Assembly: GCA_963789955.1 (NCBI GenBank)
Contig: CAWBMV010000034.1
Location: 960,001 to 1,024,000 of the forward strand
Direction of reading: 5' to 3'
From: an uncultured Candidatus Rokubacteria bacterium
GTDB lineage: Bacteria; Methylomirabilota; Methylomirabilia; Rokubacteriales; CSP1-6
Length of the DNA: 64,000 bases
Every line of letters starts with the position of its first letter. The first letter of the stretch is position 1. The notes under the pieces are model-generated. The model ran no database searches. It was not told where the DNA came from and was given only the letters and a program-made list of their open reading frames with translations. Positions 59,044 through 64,000 of this stretch are shown here, piece by piece. Both the position numbers and the translations under genes were made by a program.

Positions 59044-60284
59044 CCCTTCGCAAGGTCATCTTCTGGCTTCATCTCCTGACCGGAACGATGGCCGGCTCGG
59101 TGATCCTCGTCATGGCGGTGTCCGGCGTGCTGCTCGCCTTCGAGCCGCAGATCGTCGAGTGGTCGGAGCGCGAGCTTCGCGCGGTCCCGGCGCCGGCGGC
59201 CGACGCGAAGCGGGTCGAGCTCGACACGATCGTCGCCGAAGCGCGCCGCGCGCACCCCGAAGGCCGGCCCACCCTGGTGACGGTGCGCGCCGAGCCACGA
59301 TCGAGCGTCCGGGTCGCCTTCGGCCGCGAGGGCGCGCTGTATGTCGATCCCTATACGAGCGCCGCGCTCGGGGCGAGCTCGAAGATCGCCGACGCGCTCC
59401 ACGTCGTCGAGGACTGGCACCGGTGGCTCGGCTCGCGCGAGATCGGCCGGCCCTTCACCGGCGTGTGCAATCTCGCGTTCCTGGGGATGGCGATCAGCGG
59501 CGTCTACCTCTGGTGGCCGCGCCCGATGCGCCGGGGCGCGGTCAAGGCCGTGGCCGTGCCGAGCTTTCGGCTGCGCGGCCGGGCGCGCGACTTCAACTGG
59601 CACAACTCGATCGGGATCTGGTGCGCACCGGTGTTGATCGTGATCACGCTCACCGGCGCCGTCATGTCCTATCAGTGGGCGAACGATCTGCTGTATCGGC
59701 TCACCGGTAACGTCCCGCCGCCGCCGGCCGGTGGTCCGGGCGCCGGCCCACCGGGCGGAAGCCGCCAGGCCCGGCAGAGGAGCGACGCGCCCGCGACGGG
59801 CGAGTCGCGTCAGACGAACCTCGCGGCGGTTCTGGCGCGGGCGGAGCAGCAGGTGCCCGGCTGGGTCGCGATCACCTTGCGCCTGCCGCAGCGTCCGGGC
59901 GCGCCGATCGTGGCGATCGTGCAGGAGCCGCCGGCCTGGCATCCGACGCCGCGCTCCCAGCTGACGCTCGATGCGTCGACCGCCGCCGTGGTCAGCTGGG
60001 AGCCCTTCGCCGCCCAGAATCTCGGTCGTCGTCTGCGCTCGTGGGTGCGGCCGCTCCACACCGGAGAAGCCGCCGGCATCGTCGGCCAGGCCATCGTCGG
60101 CCTCGCGTCCACGGGCGGAGCGTTTCTCGTCTACACCGGCATCGCACTCGCGTGGCGCCGCTTCCGCGGCTGGAGGGGTGCGGCATACCCCGTCGGCGCG
60201 CGGCGCTCGTCATCCGACCATCGCCAGCAAGTTACGGGGTCGACCCGTGCCAGCCAGCCTCGGTCCACTACCCATGGAGGCTAG
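59040..60284 (+). CDS. PepSY-associated TM helix protein (PiuB-like)
   Basis: FWLHLLTG, YVDPY, WHRWL, SGVYLWWPR, WHNSIG, LHTGE. Confidence 0.9.
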   Translation: MTLRKVIFWLHLLTGTMAGSVILVMAVSGVLLAFEPQIVEWSERELRAVPAPAADAKRVELDTIVAEARRAHPEGRPTLVTVRAEPRSSVRVAFGREGALYVDPYTSAALGASSKIADALHVVEDWHRWLGSREIGRPFTGVCNLAFLGMAISGVYLWWPRPMRRGAVKAVAVPSFRLRGRARDFNWHNSIGIWCAPVLIVITLTGAVMSYQWANDLLYRLTGNVPPPPAGGPGAGPPGGSRQARQRSDAPATGESRQTNLAAVLARAEQQVPGWVAITLRLPQRPGAPIVAIVQEPPAWHPTPRSQLTLDASTAAVVSWEPFAAQNLGRRLRSWVRPLHTGEAAGIVGQAIVGLASTGGAFLVYTGIALAWRRFRGWRGAAYPVGARRSSSDHRQQVTGSTRASQPRSTTHGG

Positions 60285-60286
60285 GC

Positions 60287-62464
60287 ATGCGTCGACTGCG
60301 TCGCTCCGTAGAACGATCATCCGCACGGAAGAAGATTCTCCGGCGGCTCATGGCTCCGACTCTTGGCGTCGGGCTCCTGGTCGCGTCGTCCGCGCCCGTC
60401 TTCGGGCAGGCGACCGACAAGGCGCAGGCGACCGACAAGGACGACGTCAAGATGCCGGGCGTCGACGTCCGCGGCCAGCGGACCAACGGCTACAAGGTCG
60501 ACGAGTCGGCGAATCCGAAGCTCCCTGATTCGCTTCAGGACACGCCGCAGTCCATCACGATCGTGCCGCTCGAGGTGATGCGCGAGCAAGCCGCCTTCAG
60601 CCTGCGCGATGCCCTGCGCAACGTGACCGGCGTCAGCATCGCCGCGGGCGAGGGGGGCGGCGCCCAGGGCGACAACCTCACCCTGCGCGGATTCTCGGCG
60701 CGCAACGACATCTTCGTCGACGGCATCCGTGACTTCGGCCAGTACACCCGGGACACGTTCAACCTCGAGTCGGTCGAGGTCCTCAAGGGCCCGTCGGCCG
60801 TCATGTTCGGGCGCGGCTCCACCGGCGGCGCGATCAACCAGGTCAGCAAGTCGCCGAGCCTCCAGCCGGGTCGCACCTTCTCGCTGACCTCCGGCTACGG
60901 ACCGACGGTGCGGGGCACCGTCGACGTCAACCAGCCGCTCGGCGACACGTCGGCGCTGCGGCTGAACCTGCTCGGCTACTACAACGACGTCGTCGATCGC
61001 GACGAGATCTGGCTGTCGCGCTTCGGTATCGCGCCGGCCTACACCGTCGGGCTCGGAACGCCGACGCAGTTCTCCGCGTACTTCTACTACACGCACGACG
61101 AAGGCACGCCGGACTACGGCTTTCCCTACGTGTTCGGGACCGTGCCGGACGTGCCGCGCGGCAACAACTACGGGCTGGCCAACCAGGACTTCGAGCGCGA
61201 CGACGTCTACATCTTGACCCTGCGGCTCGACCATGCGTTCAGCGACGCGATCAAGATGCGCAACGCGTTGCGCGTCGCGTACTATCATCGCGAAGCCGCC
61301 GTCTCGCCGCCGGCGAACCCGGTCGTGCCGGCCGGTACGCCGCTCTCGCTGATCACGGTCACCCGCGGCCACACCGAGCGCGACGAGCACGACAGCAACT
61401 TCACCGAGCAGACCGACTTCACGTTCCGGTTCGATACCTGGGGGCTCAAGCACACCCTGATCGCGGGCCTCGAGTTCTCCTACGAGGTCTCGGACGTCAC
61501 GCGCTGGGGCTTCACCAACGTCCCCACCACGAACCTGATCTTTCCCGATCCGCTGCGCCCGACCAGCCTGGGCCGGACCACGAACTTCCGCGGCCGGACC
61601 GAGGCGTTCAACTTCGGGGCGTACTTCGTCGATGAGATCGCGATCACCCAGTGGCTGAAGATCATGGGCGGGCTCCGCTTCGACCACTTCGACACCGACT
61701 TCGAGAACAAGTTCCTGCGCCAGGAGTTCTCCCAGATCAACAACGAGTTCAGCCCGCGGGCGGCCCTCGTCGTCCAGCCGACGCCCCAGCAGACCTACTA
61801 CTTCTCCTACGGAACCTCGTTCAACCCGTCGGCCGAAGGGCTGACGCTCGCGATCAACACCACCAGCGCCGAGCCCGAGAAGAACGTGAGCTACGAGCTC
61901 GGCGCCAAGTGGGACCTCTTCGGCGAGCCGGCTCTCGGTCGCCACCGCCGTCTTCCAGATCGACAAGACCAATGCGCGGACGACCGACCCGGCGCTCGGG
62001 GTCATGGTCAACGAGGGTACGCAGCGCGTGCGCGGCTTCGAGGTGTCCGGCGCCGGGACCATCCTGCCCCGCTGGAACATCTTCGCCGGCTACACCTTCC
62101 TCGACACCGAGGTCGTCGACTCCCTCGACGTCGTCACCGGCATACCGGTCGAGGGCAAGGAGATCCCGAACGTCGCCCGGCACACCGCGACCCTGTGGAC
62201 CACGTGGGACATCACGGATCAGTGGCAGGTGGGCGGCGGCGCGTTCTACTCCAGCCGCCGGTTCGCGAACAACATCAACACCAACGAGGTGCCGTGGTAC
62301 GTGCGCGGCGACATCACGGCGCGTATCGACCGGTCAAATCATTCGAGCTGCGTGCCAACATCATCAACGTCTCGGACGAGCGCTACACCGATGGCGTGCA
62401 TCCGTCTCACGCGATCCCGGGGACGGCGCGCACCTACCTGCTCACCGGGACCTGGAGCTTCTGA
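60287..62464 (+). CDS. TonB-dependent siderophore receptor (Fiu/PiuA-like); compensating frameshifts near 61927 and 62320
   Basis: [32 protein letters not shown]-terminal TWSF. Confidence 0.9.
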   Translation: MRRLRRSVERSSARKKILRRLMAPTLGVGLLVASSAPVFGQATDKAQATDKDDVKMPGVDVRGQRTNGYKVDESANPKLPDSLQDTPQSITIVPLEVMREQAAFSLRDALRNVTGVSIAAGEGGGAQGDNLTLRGFSARNDIFVDGIRDFGQYTRDTFNLESVEVLKGPSAVMFGRGSTGGAINQVSKSPSLQPGRTFSLTSGYGPTVRGTVDVNQPLGDTSALRLNLLGYYNDVVDRDEIWLSRFGIAPAYTVGLGTPTQFSAYFYYTHDEGTPDYGFPYVFGTVPDVPRGNNYGLANQDFERDDVYILTLRLDHAFSDAIKMRNALRVAYYHREAAVSPPANPVVPAGTPLSLITVTRGHTERDEHDSNFTEQTDFTFRFDTWGLKHTLIAGLEFSYEVSDVTRWGFTNVPTTNLIFPDPLRPTSLGRTTNFRGRTEAFNFGAYFVDEIAITQWLKIMGGLRFDHFDTDFENKFLRQEFSQINNEFSPRAALVVQPTPQQTYYFSYGTSFNPSAEGLTLAINTTSAEPEKNVSYELGAKWDLFGEPALGRHRRLPDRQDQCADDRPGARGHGQRGYAARARLRGVRRRDHPAPLEHLRRLHLPRHRGRRLPRRRHRHTGRGQGDPERRPAHRDPVDHVGHHGSVAGGRRRVLLQPPVREQHQHQRGAVVRARRHHGAYRPVKSFELRANIINVSDERYTDGVHPSHAIPGTARTYLLTGTWSF

Positions 62465-62465
62465 C

Positions 62466-63146
62466 ATGTTGCTGCATTTGCCTTCCGTCCTGACCGAGGC
62501 GCAGGTGGCGCGCTGCCGCGAGCTGATGGAGCGCGCGAAATGGGTCGACGGACGCGTCACCGCCGGGCACCAGTCGGCCAAGGCCAAGCACAATCTCCAG
62601 ATCGCCGAGGGCACGCCCGAGGCGCGCGAGATGGGCGAGATGATCGTGGTCGCCCTGGAGCGCAATCGCCTCTTCGTGTCGGCGGCGCTCCCGCAGCGCG
62701 TCTTCCCGCCGCTGTTCAACCGCTACGAGCCGGGCATGAACTTCGGGGCCCACGTGGACAACGCAATCCGCCAGGTCCCCGGCGCCCCGCTCCGGGTTCG
62801 GACGGATCTCTCGATGACGCTCTTCCTCACCCGGCCGGAGGACTACGACGGCGGCGAGCTCGTCGTCGAGGACACCTTCGGCGCCCACTCGGTCAAGCTG
62901 CCGGCCGGTGATGCGATCCTCTATCCGGGCACGAGCCTGCACCGGGTCAACCCGGTGACGCGCGGGGTGAGGCTCGCGTCGTTCTTCTGGATCCAGAGCA
63001 TGATCCGCGACGACGGCCAGCGCACCGTGCTCTTCGACCTCGACATGGCCATCAACCAGGTGGCCGAGGCGATTCCGGAGCACCGCGCGGTGATCGCGCT
63101 GACGAGCTGCTATCACAATCTTCTCCGCGGCTGGGCGGAGGGCTGA
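62466..63146 (+). CDS. piuC: PKHD-type Fe(II)/2OG hydroxylase (PiuC/YbiX)
   Basis: [44 protein letters not shown]. Confidence 0.9.
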   Translation: MLLHLPSVLTEAQVARCRELMERAKWVDGRVTAGHQSAKAKHNLQIAEGTPEAREMGEMIVVALERNRLFVSAALPQRVFPPLFNRYEPGMNFGAHVDNAIRQVPGAPLRVRTDLSMTLFLTRPEDYDGGELVVEDTFGAHSVKLPAGDAILYPGTSLHRVNPVTRGVRLASFFWIQSMIRDDGQRTVLFDLDMAINQVAEAIPEHRAVIALTSCYHNLLRGWAEG

Positions 63147-63164
63147 TCGGGAGGGGGCGGCGAG

Positions 63165-63660
63165 ATGTCCGTCTCGCCTCGTTGCGCACGCGCGATCGCC
63201 GCGGCCATCAGCCCGGCGTTCGCCGCCGATCCGACTCCGCCCGGTGCTGCGCGCGTGACGGTTCGAATGTCGCGACCCGAAGCGTTCGCCGACTTCAAGG
63301 CCACGTGCGTCGGCAGGACGTGCGCACCCGCGGCCTCATCGACGGTCTGACCCAGTTCGCCGCGATCCGTGCCACCGGCGCGGAGCGCCGGACGGCGGAG
63401 CGCTCGACGTCACCCTTCCGAGTCGACATGGCCGGCATGGACGTGCGCGGCCCGCAGGCCTCCTCGACGCGTGACGCTCGAATCCACGGCGTGCGCATCC
63501 GGCTCGCGCTTGTGCCTGTCGATCGGACGGAAAGGTCGTGAGCACCGCTCGCCGACCTCGCGATGGCTGACTGAGCGAGACGTGGCTGCGGCCAGCGATC
63601 CGTAGCGATCCGCGACGTATCTCCTCCAGGAATGGTTCAGCGGGAGTTCCCGGCCTCGAG
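63165..63660 (+). pseudogene. Degraded or poorly sequenced DUF3016-like secreted protein
   Basis: Fragments VTVRMSRPEAFADF, VDMAG, RIRL and LLQEWF in shifting frames. Confidence 0.4.
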
Positions 63661-63939
63661 CTCGTGCGCGCCGAGATCGACGGCGACCAGCAGGGCGTGA
63701 ACGCGTCGCTCGTGGTCCGTCGCGCCGGGCTCGCTGATCCATCGCGATCGGCTGCGCTCATCACGTGGATCTGCTCTGGCCACTGGTGTCGCTGGCGCCG
63801 GTTGCGTCCCGCTGATTTCGACGACCGCGCCGGCGCCGGCGAATAGCGCGAAGCGCGCCGGAAGGCTGTCGTCGCCGCAGACCCCCCGAGACCGAGGTGC
63901 GATACTCTGTGGGCCCCCAGAGGGGAGGAGGGGTCCGGC

Positions 63940-64000
63940 ATGACGAGCCCGATCATCACCGAAGCCACGCGCGTCCTCGTCGACCGGCGCGATCTCACGC
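63940..64000 (+). CDS. Start of an unidentified CDS (MTSPIITEATRVLVDRRDLT...), truncated by the window edge
   Basis: GGAGGAGG RBS upstream of the ATG. Confidence 0.45.
   Translation, partial: MTSPIITEATRVLVDRRDLT

Overview
High-GC bacterial chromosomal window from a diderm (it has a TonB system). The gene style suggests a soil lineage such as Ca. Rokubacteria/Methylomirabilota, but this is inference only: no marker gene is present. About a dozen otherwise intact genes carry single-base frameshifts, probably long-read indel errors. Left to right: the 3' end of a type I R-M methylase, a HugZ-like gene, a DUF222-HNH gene, tcuA, a compact DinG-like helicase, an ECF sigma plus Ogt/Ada-Zn pair, an orphan form II CoxL-like Mo protein, an NHL/PhnZ-like/PCD/thioesterase operon, an SLT gene with a 19-bp tandem-repeat leader, a heme-c sensor class III cyclase with a guanylyl-type Glu, and housekeeping genes. 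Next is a ~30-kb co-oriented, GntR-led catabolic cluster (hydantoinase A/B, Mo-hydroxylase, B12 mutase with an altered pocket, CoA ligase and transferases, beta-oxidation enzymes, opine dehydrogenase, V4R, two Liv ABC systems). It resembles, but extends, the anaerobic indoleacetate (iaa) pathway. The window ends with an iron-uptake locus (hemP-exbBD-tonB-TPR-PepSY-TBDR-piuC) that has a DtxR-type box and repeated GCCAGCCAGCC motifs. No rRNA, tRNA or CRISPR array was seen.
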